From the NCBI GenBank assembly GCA_951406725.2, contig OX597819.1:32860001-32924000 (forward strand): a stretch of 64,000 bases of DNA, given 5' to 3'. Below are positions 14,238 through 25,803 of this stretch, one piece after another. This stretch comes from Octopus vulgaris. Taxonomy: Eukaryota. Numbering within the stretch: the first letter of the stretch is position 1; every line of letters begins with the position of its first letter. The notes beneath the pieces were generated by a model. That model saw nothing but the letters and a program-made list of their open reading frames with translations. It had not been told where the DNA came from and did no database searches. The position numbers were made by a program, and so were the translations under genes.

Positions 14238-14686
14238 TAATCTTTTCGGTTTGAACGGCAGTTTTTAACATAATTTCTAGGTAACTTTAAAAATTTTAAA
14301 CTTCGTATACTGGTAGAATGTGTTTATAAAACATCTTTTTCTCTTGGCTTTATTGAGAAAATTCTATGGTTTGTAAGATATTTGTTGATTTTCTTCTTCA
14401 ATTTCTGCAATTTCGACCAATCAATGACGTCCATTGAGGTATAACACATTCTGTGCCGTATGAATATGTCCCTCGTTTAAGAAACAGATTGGGTTTATTT
14501 ACATTTGCGAATAAAAAAAGATACCCTTCTCCCACCCCTAACCCTAATTCTAACCCTAACCCTAACCCTAACTAACCCTAACCCTAAAACAGATTGAAAT
14601 GCAATAGATCGATACTAGGGTCATAATTATGGGTGACAATTTCATGACACCGCTAGAAAAAACTGCCGTTTAAACCGAAAAGATCC
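14238..14686 (+). mobile_element. MITE family C (Merlin-like) with internal (CCCTAA)n
   Basis: TIR atcttttcggtttgaacggcagtttt / aaaactgccgtttaaaccgaaaagatcc; left end degenerate, no clear TSD. Confidence 0.85.
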
Positions 14687-14692
14687 GTTTAC

Positions 14693-15213
14693 TGTTCAAA
14701 TTCCCCCACAGTCGACTTTGCCTTACATTCTTTCGGGTCGCTAAATTAAGTACCAGTTGCGTACTGTGGTCGATCTAATCTACTGGCCCCCTCCCCAAAA
14801 ATTTCGGGCCTCATGCCTACAGTAGAAAAGAATATTTAGTGTGAGAGAGAAATATATCTCATAGGAACGCCAGACACAATCCCTAAAAGAGAGAATGTCA
14901 GAACGAATACGTTCGTTTGATTTTGTAGAAATAGAAGCCACTTCTCTAAATCAAAATCTTTAAAAGAAGAAAGCTCCATCGGATCATGTAGTCCAACAAA
15001 ATAAATACTGGATTCACATTGCAGCACAAGGCCTGAAATTTGGGGGAGTCGATTACATCGGCCTCGGTGCTCAACTAGGACATATGCTATCGACTCCGAA
15101 TAAATGAAAGGCAAAGTCGACCTCAGGGGAATATGTAGTGAGAAGGTAAAGACGGACGAAAGTACCTCTAAGCTTTTTACCGGCGTGCAAACGATTCAGC
15201 CAGCTCGCTGCCT
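14693..15213. mobile_element. Two diverged SINE family B fragments in opposite orientation
   Basis: gtcgactttgcct..aattaagtaccag core on + (14693-14830) and on - (15010-15213). Confidence 0.7.
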
Positions 15214-15382
15214 TATTCCTATACAATAAATATGTATCAATTAGACGCCTTCTAAAAGTGGTGAGCTAGAAATTTGATCTATGAATGTTCTCACGCATGC
15301 GCACTGATGACAATTCTTTTTCTTTCTAAATAGTGACTATGTAATTATAAAAAAAGTATGACCATTTTCTTCCGTAAATCCA

Positions 15383-15401
15383 GTTATTATTATTGTTATT
15401 A

Positions 15402-15484
<83 letters not shown>
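15383..15484. repeat. (TAT)n microsatellite
   Basis: Direct inspection. Confidence 0.95.
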
Positions 15485-15811
15485 CAGAGGTCCCTCGCCT
15501 GGCAGTGCTACCGAGGGGCTCTGCCTGTTCGAGATAAACTCTACCGGCACGGTAGTGCCGTCAGCCGGACCTGCCCGAGGTGCTGCCAGGACGACGAAAC
15601 CGTTCTGCACGCACTCGTCCAGTGTCCGAGTATTGCTGAACTATGGGTTTATGTCGAAAAGCTACTGTCGCGTATAGGACGGATCCGGCTATCAGCTGAA
15701 TCCATAGTGAGGATTGCCCCGCCGACTTCCTTTAACCGGGAGGGCAAGGCAGTTTTCCTGTGCCAAGTGGCTGTAGCGAAAGAGGTGGTGTGGTGGACCC
15801 GTTCGATGTAA
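15485..15811 (+). pseudogene. Tx1/L1-type LINE ORF2 C-terminal zinc-finger (zf-RVT-like) fragment
   Basis: Stop-free frame QRSLAWQCYRGALPVRDKLYRHG..TCPRCCQDDETVLHALVQCPSIAELW..AKEVVWWTR; absent from the ORF track. Confidence 0.8.
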
Positions 15812-17686
15812 TCGACACCCCCACTCCCCCAAATTGGCTGTATAAAGGTCAAGATGGTTGCAAAACGGGTTGACTATAGCGTCAGCTCAGTCAGCACTGT
15901 TACTAGATTAAACATCGCCATTACGATCAACAGCCGCTGTAACTTGTAAATACCTATTTATATAAAAAGTTCATCACCACGAGATGTTCTTTCATTCTTT
16001 TACTTATTTCAGTCATTGGACAAAATAAGTATCAGTTTGGCGCTAGCGTCGTTGTAATCGACATAATTACTCTCCTGAAATTGAAGGCCTTGTGCCAAAA
16101 TGTGAAACTATCATCAACGTCATGAACAAATAAATCGACGTTTGCGAGTATATTTGAATGTGTGAGACAGTATGTTGTTTCGGAAATCGATGTTATGTAT
16201 ATATGCATCAGTATTTATTTGCATTCTTTTATTCTTTAGTCCGCCCGAGGCTATAGTAGAAGACACTTGCCCTAGGTGCCACGCAATGTGACTGAACCCG
16301 AAACAACGTGGTTGGGAAGCAAACTTCTTACCACACAGCCACGCCTGCGCCTATATATATGTAGACACACACACACACACATACACACGCTCACGAGCGC
16401 GCACGCACACATTTACGTATATATTCATGCATACATACATACCACAGGCTTCTTTCAGTTTTCATCTACCAGTTCACTCACAAGCATTGTTCGTCCTGAG
16501 GAAGACCTTTTCCCGAGGTGCCACACAGTAGGACTGAGTCCAAGACCACATGGTTAGGAAGCAAGATTCTTACTCACACGCCACGCCTTTGGTGAGCCCC
16601 AGTGATACAGTAGGCTTCATTTGGCCATACCATAGACTCTATTATGTTGTTCATTGTAACACATCAAGTGTCCACACAGAGTGTATCTAATCTCTTAATC
16701 TGCAAGCTGTAGGCAGCCAAATCTTCTTCAGATATCATCAAATTGTCTTAGGAGACGAAACGACTCGTTAGATAAAATGATGCTGCGTACACTCAAACGT
16801 CGGGATGGTCACCGCTAGAACGGGGGTGATCATAGATTTCGTATCATCAGGGCAGCTGATGCTAGGTTAAACAACAGAGACATCAGCAACAAAAACAACA
16901 TGAACAATAGTACTATATGATGAGTATTATAAATATTCTACAAATAAAACATAAAAGCATGGACCTAAGGGAAAAAGCGGGATCTGACAACGGATTCGGT
17001 AACAATATCTCTAGATTGACTTTATGAAAAGAGCTTGTGGACACCACACGATGAATCTATAATTACTATAGTCCCTATTGTCAATATGATAATGTGTGTT
17101 TGCATTGAAGTTCATTGTTGTTTAGACATAAGTCAACCGTGATGAAGCCGAATCCTTTAATCAAAGCGTATTCAGTATTTACTTTATGGCTTTTCAATGG
17201 TGGTTTAACGATATAATATGTGTCCTTTCCGCATTAGAAAATGGTGGAGGTGATTTGAGGGATATCTGCTCGCAATTTCTAGCTGTTCGATGAATGGTAT
17301 AAAGACTCACACGCAACAAATACTCATGCTTCGTTTGTTTTCAATGAAATCATCTCGAAATGTATGATACATATTTGCAGCGCTTTTCTTAATAGCAAAT
17401 ATTTGTAACCGTTTTTGTTTAACCCTAGAATCAAACAGAACCACAATAATTTATCTAATATTTCCTGCTTCGTTTTCGAAACTGCAGGGCGGAATTTGAA
17501 CCAATGCTCTTTGCTATTTCTAGTAAGTCGATCTAAGTCCTAAGAGATAATATTTTTGTAACGTTATCGCTTGTTACATAATTATTGTCTGTCGTTGTTT
17601 CTTCACAGTGTTTGAGGTGTCAACATATTGTTTATAATAGAAGGATGTATGTATGTATATATATATATATAAATATATATATATAT

Positions 17687-17954
17687 CACGTGACCAACCA
17701 GTCAATCAGATGTAGTTACACATCGCTGGTCACAATGCGTTCGCATTGTTTTAGCCTTCGAATGACGCCATCCCGCTGGCTAAGCGAGCAGGCCAACAGA
17801 AGAAATAGTGGGAGAAAGAGTAGTGAAAGAGTACAGCAGGGATCACCGCCCCCTGTCGGAGCCTCGTGGAGCATTTATGTGTTTTAGCTCAATAAACACT
17901 CACAACTCGAAACCGCGATCCGCTGCCCTAACCACTGGGCCATTGTGCCTCCAC
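17687..17954 (-). mobile_element. tRNA-derived SINE with head X and tail type 3
   Basis: Minus strand gtggaggcacaatggcccagtggttagggcagcgga head; tail ends gtgtaactacatctgattgactggttggtcacgtg. Confidence 0.85.
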
Positions 17955-18002
<48 letters not shown>

Positions 18003-18239
18003 GTAAACATAGTCAAAATGCGATAAAATAAGTTATTATCGCCGGTGATCTAGCACAAAAGACATTTTAGCCATAGGCTATATGTTATTCATATATAAGT
18101 ACATTAAAATGCTTCCAAAAGAAGAAGTGAGTACTAGATACACAAACCGAGTTTGTAAACGTTTTTAATTTTCATTTCACTGAATTTATCCAACTTTTGT
18201 GTATCTAGTACTCACTTATTTTGGAAGCCTTTTAATGTA

Positions 18240-18289
<50 letters not shown>

Positions 18290-18292
<3 letters not shown>

Positions 18293-18650
18293 TCCTTCAT
18301 CATATCGAAGGGAAATGGAAGTTAATAGAAATTTTCACTTCCAGTGGCCTAGCGTGTAAAAATTTAGTCCAAAGACTATATATTACTCATAAAATACAGT
18401 GTACGTTTAAACACATAAGAAATCCACTCGTGGAATTCAACACGCTAGAAAGAACAGCTAGGTTCTATAACCACAAAATTAGTGATAAAAACCCGGCAGG
18501 AACGAAATGAAAAAATAAAAACTTTTACCATCTAGTTTCCTGGACCAGTTGGTTTCTGATTTTAGTTTAGCAAATAAATAATATTCGCTAGGTGAAATCT
18601 TCGTGGTTATAGAACCTAGCTGTTCTTTCTAGCGTGTACACTGTACACTG

Positions 18651-18655
<5 letters not shown>
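18290..18655. mobile_element. TA-embedded relic with internal inverted repeats (Penelope-like)
   Basis: 34-bp inverted repeat 18441-18474 / 18603-18636, plus aaatacagtgtac / gtacactgtattt. Confidence 0.5.
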
Positions 18656-18688
<33 letters not shown>

Positions 18689-19095
18689 CGAGAGAGAAAG
18701 AGAGAGAGCTGGACGGATTAGTTATAGAATTCAATTGAATCTAGGCGCATCAGCACGTAGGTTGCCAGAAATGAGTAGGTACAATAACGTAGAGTTCACA
18801 ACGAGGTGAAACAACAATGAAAGTATCAATTTTTTGAAAGGATACTGTAGATATTTGAGTACCAAATCTAATTTGAAACGTAGATCCGACTCAGAGTTGG
18901 TTGTTGGTTTGACGTATGTAGATACTGAAAAGAGAACACAAATATGTTTAAAATTTACGACAGCTGATTCGATAGAATTTCATGATGTAATCATAGATTA
19001 CATCATAACATATTATCCACCATTTTCAAAATACCGCTTATCAAACAATGTTGGGTTGATTCGTCACGATCGATGTATCTCCTGTTTGATACCTG

Positions 19096-19192
19096 TTAAA
19101 AATTTCATCTGAAGATGATGAATTTTACGTTACGAATTTTATGTTATGAATTTATCAATAAAATTCTACCGAAACGCTGTCGTAAATTTTAA
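19096..19192 (+). ncRNA. Minimal type I hammerhead ribozyme
   Basis: Stem I ttaaaaatttcat/gtaaattttaa; CTGAAGA (19109); stem II gaatttta/taaaattc; CGAAAC-GCT-GTC (19170-19181). Confidence 0.65.
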
Positions 19193-19209
19193 ACCCCGTT
19201 TGTGGTCTC

Positions 19210-19247
<38 letters not shown>

Positions 19248-19316
19248 CCACAGGAACATATATAAAGGACAAAAGACAGTCAGTCAACCACAGTTGAAAC
19301 ACTCCTGTCACAACCT

Positions 19317-19360
19317 AGGACCTTGAAGACTGCTTTAATGCAAGAAAGTATACTAGTCCC
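19317..19360 (+). ncRNA. Minimal type I hammerhead ribozyme with palindromic helix III
   Basis: ggac-CTTGAAGA-ctgc tttaat gcaa-GAAA-gtatac-TA-gtcc; helix III AGTATACT is a perfect palindrome; CUA cleavage triplet. Confidence 0.6.
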
Positions 19361-19555
19361 TTAATATTTTATATTCAATATTTCATCTATTCAATAAGAC
19401 AATCAATACTTCATTCCATTTTACTATATATACTATTTATACTATATATTCTATATTCTACATTAATATTATAAATAATATAAATGAAATATAAAAAAAC
19501 AGAGTTGGAATTCCTTTGAATAACATATATTCCTCTATACACAATCATACAAACC

Positions 19556-19606
<51 letters not shown>

Positions 19607-20391
19607 CAAACAAAACCAAAACAAAAGATATTCCGGTCATGACCATCTCGTTTTGTTTCTTTATTTTTCAAGCAAAGTATATTATTAAGACTGCTTTATC
19701 TAACATTTCCTACTTACTTTTTAAACTTCATGACGTGATTTCAATGAATTTTGGCTGATATTTCAAGAAGATCACTCATTAAGGCACAGCCATATAGAAA
19801 TATATCTTTATGAGGAATATTTTTGTATCTTTATTTCTTATTTTATTTTTAATATTGACTGTGGATGAGTTAGTGCAGAATATTTGGGACTAGCTTAAAA
19901 GCCTCACTCCGTGCGATCTTTTCGGTTGGCTCCTGTGAAGGGCTAATTAGGCCTGCACCCCCAAACTAAACAGAGATAAATAGCATGACTATAATACATC
20001 TATAATGACTATATGCCCCGGTGGTGTTTGATTCGAGGTTAAGGACAGATGAGAATTCTGTAATGCAATCACCCTATTGTTCCACTCCCAATTTGAATTC
20101 CAACTGTTGTCCCAAAATTTTTATTTCGACATAAAATTAACGAAGCGAATGCCATTTATCTTCCCCTTGATATCTGACATCATCTGACAAACGCCAACCA
20201 ATATCGCGTGAATCAGCCAAGCCTTACCTGTTAGAAATAGCAATCCAAATGCTTCACTGTGCAACAAATTTCAGGTTCCAAAAAATTACAAGTTAAGTAA
20301 GACTTGTTTCTGGGTCAAAGAATTGTTCTGATTCTGATTCTGACCTGTATTTCTCCAGACTAGGCACCGTTTTCCTGTACCATGAACCATA

Positions 20392-20793
20392 TCTTTATAT
20401 ATAAAAGTGAGGTTGTGTGCTGTCTGTCTCCTACGATTTAGATTCCTAACTACTCCCACATTTTGCGATGCAGTTTAACCAAAACCGGGTATCTTATAGT
20501 CGTGATTCATATCGAGCCCTTCTGGGTATTAGCGCGCGTCTACGATGAGTCTACGATTTAAAAAAAAAATTACCATCAATTTTTTCCATTTTTAATGCAT
20601 ATTTGGCATATATAAGGGACGTAACTCTCTAAAAATTTATTATTAAATCTCAGAACGTAAAAAGCTACAATAACTACCCCCCCCCCTCTTTGTGGTTAGC
20701 CATATTGAGATGGCTATTATACTTTACATCTCTAAAAATGCTTATATAGTTATTTCCGTTACAAACCCGAGCAACGCCGGGCGATACTGCTAG
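20392..20793 (+). mobile_element. Non-autonomous Helitron family D, nested in the Chapaev3-like element
   Basis: A|TC 5' end, cccgagcaacgccggg hairpin, CTAG|T 3' end, no TSD. Confidence 0.85.
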
Positions 20794-20947
20794 TGTTTTA
20801 TAATATATTGCATGAAATTGCGCATTGAACACAACATTGTAAATACTGAAAGTTACAGAAAACAAAACAAAAAATTTAGTTTATATAACAAAACATATTT
20901 GTTACGAATTGAAAACACACCTGTCAGTTTAAACAACATTTGTCCTT

Positions 20948-22592
20948 CTAAGTCTCTTGTACGGAGTGTGATCTTCTGTTTTTTATACCCCAGCAGTTGT
21001 CTGCCAACATACCAGGGTTCCATTTTCCTTTGAATCGTCGCTCCATCACTGAAATATCCTGATGGAATCTTTCACCATGTTCATCACTCACATCACCAAG
21101 ATTTTCCGCAAAAAAGTCCAAATGAGAGTGAAGCACGTGAACATTTAGAGACATGTTACATCCCATATCATGATAATGACTCAGCAGATCATTCACAACT
21201 TGCACATAGTCTTCTGAATGATGGTTGCCCATGAAGTTATCGCAAACATTCTTGAATGACTCAAAGGCAAGCTTCTCTTTTCTCTTGAGATGTTTGATGA
21301 AGGTTTCATCAAGTACAATTTTTCGAATTTGGGGAACCTATGAAGAAATCTTCTTTAATTTTAGCTTGACTCAGGAAAGATAACTTTTCTGCAAGATTTG
21401 CAAATGCGGAGGATTCCTTGTCCAAGGGTTTAACAAATTGCTTAAACAAAACAAGTTTAATATGCAAGGGTGGTAAAAAAAATTCTATCACTTTTCACAA
21501 GAGGTTTCTGCATGATGTTGTGTTTTCCTTGCTCAGTTTCATCCCGGATCGGCCAATTCTTGCATACATAATGTTCAGCCCTTGCTCAGGAATTCCATAA
21601 GCACAGGAAGCAGCAAAATTTAGTATAGCCAAGCTGAAGGCCAGTAAGCATGGCCACAACCTTAAATCTGCACAAATATGCCTGGTATGGTCGTCATACT
21701 GTATGCATGTTAGAATTGCTTTCAGATTTTCATATGATTCTTTCATGGTTGTGTTATAAGCTATGGAAACAGAACACAGAGTGTTACCATTGTGTAGCAG
21801 AACAGCTTTGATGTTGTCCTTGGATGCATCTATGAAAAGTCGTCAGTTGGTTTTATCATATGGTATTTCCAGCTGCTCAACAGGTTCAATGATGCCATTA
21901 CAAAAGCATATGTCATCCTTCATGGTGAATAATGCAAGCAGACCCTCTTTCCTTTTTCTGTACAGTTTTATCTTTACTCCTTTCTCAAGAAGATTACGTT
22001 CTTGAAGCCTTGATGCCAGAAACTCACTTTTCTCTTTGGTTAAATAGAGATTCCTGCACAAGTCATTTAGAGCCTCTTGACAAATGGTATTACTTTATTC
22101 CCGCTTTCTGGATCATTGGGCTCCACACATTCACCACTGGAATGCTCATCAGCACTGTTGGAACTCTGCATTTCTTGATCTGGAGATTTTGGGCACAGGT
22201 AAATTTCCTCAGTGCTCTACAGGGCGCATTGCTGATTGCAAATTTGGGTAAACAATATGTTTAGTTTTCTTTGTTGTAGTACAGACTGTAAAGCCATTGT
22301 GACAGAAATAGCAATCATTAGAGTGATCTTTCTGCTCACACCAAATCATTGGCACACCAAACTTCATGTGAACATTTTTTCCTGCATACCAGGCACTCAA
22401 TGCTTTCACACATATGAGGCAACACACATGAGGAGCCCATGACTTATCCTGGTCTCCTAAGTAACAATCACAATACGCCTTGTATATTTTCCTGATATGG
22501 CGTGTAATACTGCGCTTTTCTTTAGCAAAAGTCAATTCCCAACAGATACAAGTGAATCTATTTGGATCATTTTTGCACTGCCTTGAAAACAA
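20948..22592 (-). pseudogene. Chapaev3-like DDE transposase, frameshifted
   Basis: N-terminal Cys motif CKNDPNRFTCIC..GDQDKSWAPHVCC..DHSNDCYFC; LPPLHIKL; HSHLDFFAENLGDVSDEHGERFHQDISVMERRF. Confidence 0.8.
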
Positions 22593-23442
22593 ATAAGATA
22601 TGAAAGATAAAAAATAACATTAAACACAAGTTTTGAATCACATTGTAGGTGTTACTAAGATTGGTCTCTAGCCCTGGGTTGAAACCCATTTTACAATGCG
22701 GTATAATGACAAAAAGAGTATATTGCGACAATTCTGTAGAAACCATGCCTTATTCAACAAAAAGAAGGCCAGAAATAGATTTCCCATATCATTTTGCATA
22801 TAAAAATGGCCACAGATCTCTTGAACTTTTTTGCGTGGTCAAGAACAATCTGGATGGTCAAGAACCAAATGAAGGGCAGATTTTCAATCCTGGGATCATC
22901 CTAATTCCAAGAAGGTATAGTATGTCTATATAGAGGAAATGTAGACTGAGATACAGGGATCCCAGGCGGACAGACAGAATTTCGCTTTTATTGTTATAGA
23001 TTATCAATACATTGTGTTAATATCAACCTCATGTAGCATGCTGAGCATAATGTTTTTAGCGGTATTTCGTCTTTACATGCTGATCGACCTTACCTTTCAT
23101 CCTTTCGATAAAATAAGTATCAGTTGAGCGCTATCGTCGTTATAATCGATTCAACTATCCTCCTGAAATTGCAGGCCTCGTACCAACATATGAATCTAAC
23201 ATCATCGACATTTGTGTATATACTTGCATGTATGAGACAGTATGTTGTTTCTGAAATCGATGTCAAGTATATATGCATGAGTATTTACATGAACATCTTG
23301 AACAGCTGTGTAGGTTAACAAGCTAACGGTACATGTTGACGATTTTAACATCTTGTGTATCGTAACCTTCTAGCTTGTTAGCGCTGATCAAACTCAAAGA
23401 CGTTCCACCACTGCCCATCCAGTTTTTCATTTAAACAATATA

Positions 23443-23675
23443 TGTTTCTTTATTACCCACAAGGGGCTAAACACAGAGGGGACAAACAAGGACAGACAAA
23501 CAGATTAAGTCGATTACATTGAGCCCAGTGCATAACTGGTACTTAATTTATCGAACCCGAAAGGATGAAAGGCAAAGTCGACCTCGGCGGAATTTGAACC
23601 CAGAACGTAACGGCAGACGAAATACGGCTACGCATTTCGCCCTACGTGTTAACGTTTCTGCCAGCTCGCCGCCTT
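23443..23675 (-). mobile_element. SINE family B (Meta-domain-like core)
   Basis: ggcggcgagctggcagaaacgtt head, gtcgactttgcctttcatcctttc core; TSD aacaatata. Confidence 0.9.
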
Positions 23676-24087
23676 TCAACAATATAGCTAATATTACGTT
23701 GGGCAACCTACTTGCTCTTAGAAGGGCAAAATGTGATTTGAAGGAGATTTGGCTGCTATTTCGAGCGAGACCATAAAGTCTTTCTCGTTAATTTATTTGT
23801 CGAAGTGCATCGAAACGCTAAGAAAAAGATATTGAATTAATGGTAGATAAGAGATACTGAGCTAATGTTTCTGGTCAGAAAATAGTGATGCATGAGAAAA
23901 TGGCAGCCAAACACGTATGTTCACAGATTTTAAGGAAATACAAATTGTCGGTAACGTTGCAATGGCAACAATATATACGAGAAAACGTTTCCGAATCGAG
24001 ATAATGTGACTAGTAAATAAATACTACAGACACGCACACACATATATGTATGAATACATTTATACGCATTTATGTATGTATGTATAT

Positions 24088-24428
24088 CATTATTCAGCTT
24101 TATTTCAAGATGTCTTCCCAATAGAGAAACAGTATGTTTCTAACCTAGATCCAAGGCTCCTTCATTGGAATTTCAACAATATCAACAGGGTGTTTTTGTA
24201 TGTGTGTATGCATATGTGTAGATTTGTATATTTTGTTTAATGAATGTCTTCCCATGCATATATTTGCATATCTAGACATATTCATTTATGCTTGAATGAT
24301 AAACTTCTGGCAAGTTCTACGAATTTTAATAGTTCCAGTGATGGATTGGATTTGTACTCTTCGAATCAGCTTTCTCCCTTTTGGTCTTGAGAAGCCTAAT
24401 TTTTCAAGATTGGTATTTAGACAGTCTG
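24088..24428 (-). mobile_element. Dong/R4 LINE 3' end, second copy
   Basis: Reverse complement aligns with 7925-8100; ends aataaagctgaataatgat followed by ACAT-type repeat. Confidence 0.7.
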
Positions 24429-24432
24429 TTAC

Positions 24433-24463
<31 letters not shown>

Positions 24464-24508
24464 TGTATGTATGTATGTATGTATGTATGTATGTATGTAT
24501 GTATGTAT

Positions 24509-25008
24509 GTTACATGGTCGTTGGCGACTAAACTGGCAACCCCACCAAGCTTGCTTGGTGAGGAGGGTGTTTATTGAACACCCAGCGGGATGAAAAACAA
24601 AACCCGTCAAAGGGCGGAGGAACTCTTGAGAGTCAACGGCCATCCAATAAATGTCTTAAGGCTGTATCATGCGCGGGGACATAGAAATAATCGGACTGAA
24701 TACCCGATCGCGCAGTCAAACCATTGGGAGTGAAGGACTCCTAGCCTTTGTTAGGGCATCCTTCTAGGAGAAGGTAACTCAGGCAACTGGGATAACTCCG
24801 ACATAAAACCTGCGGCTCAGTGGTTACCGATGATGTTGACTTGTTCTTCTTTTCGGATTATGGCTGCTGTTGCTTAGTGAGTGAGATTGACTCAGTGCAC
24901 AGCCTTTCGTCACTTTAAAAAATATCTTCTTGCACAGGCATTGCACGATAACACCATTGATTAAGCTACGTGCAATGACCATACTCGATAACGAGGGGGC
25001 AGCCACCA
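24509..25008 (+). mobile_element. ~500-bp non-autonomous RTE-derived (bipartite-like) element
   Basis: RTE 5'UTR-like motif ctaggagaaggtaactc..aaacc; flanked on both sides by (TATG)n; second copy at 8263. Confidence 0.7.
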
Positions 25009-25467
25009 TGTATGTATGTACGTACGTACGTATGTATGTACGTATGTACGTATGTATGTTTGTATGTATGTTTGTATGTATGTTTGTATGTATGTATGTA
25101 TGTATGTATGTATGTATGTATGTATGTACAGTATAGACAATATGTGCTATGAAAGTGAAACTGAGTGAATTGATTAACATATCATAGGAACGAAAGTATT
25201 TGAGGTCAAATTGAACTGAACAATTATTAAAGGAGCGGCATCGAGAAACAGGAAGCAGGGGTAAAGCACCACCACGAACACAATAATAATCTTCTCTAGA
25301 CACAGGACCTGGAATTTAGCTCAACTGGTAATTATTCTATCGAGCCCAAAAGGTGGGAATATGCTAGATCGCCCTCGGCGGTTGGATTTAGAACGTTAAC
25401 ACAGATGAGGTGCCGCAAGGTATTGTTCAGGCGCATTAACGATTCTACCAGTTCGTCACGCCCTGAT

Positions 25468-25803
25468 GTAGTACCAGGCCGTGACTTTCATGGCTTCTCA
25501 TCTTAAACTGATTGGAAGTGTTATCATGTACGTTGTTTTGTCTTGGTATAAAAGATGGGCTATCGCAAATATTCTGCTCAATACCACAGATTTGTTTGTC
25601 AGTTGTTTAACCATAACCGGTTGAGTGTGTCCCTTAGTGACTGCCGTTATGTGCATCTCTGATCACGAGCAGAAGTGGTGGGGGAGCATCATAGTCATGT
25701 GTTGAGAGGAATTCTTTAGGATTTGGATAATTTACCTCTGGAAACATGGGTGTCTCGTTCAACATCTTTAAACAACCCTTATTCAGGGACCTTTTGCATG
25801 GGA
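25468..25803 (-). mobile_element. Probable LINE 3'-end fragment (clade uncertain)
   Basis: Distinct-composition block that abruptly truncates the Tx1 RT; recognised as a repeat from memory only. Confidence 0.35.

Larger units (their letters stand above)
20255..22840 (-). mobile_element. Chapaev3-like (CMC superfamily) DNA transposon, decayed
   Basis: CACTGTGCAACAAA terminus at 20255; degenerate complementary end near 22840; transposase pseudogene inside; interrupted by a Helitron. Confidence 0.65.

Noticed and set aside
14535-14588. True telomere or chromosome fusion site
   Set aside because: Short degenerate arrays always lie inside MITEs with TIRs
24509-24700. HDV-like ribozyme
   Set aside because: Could not place the P1.1 GG, P4 and J4/2 elements
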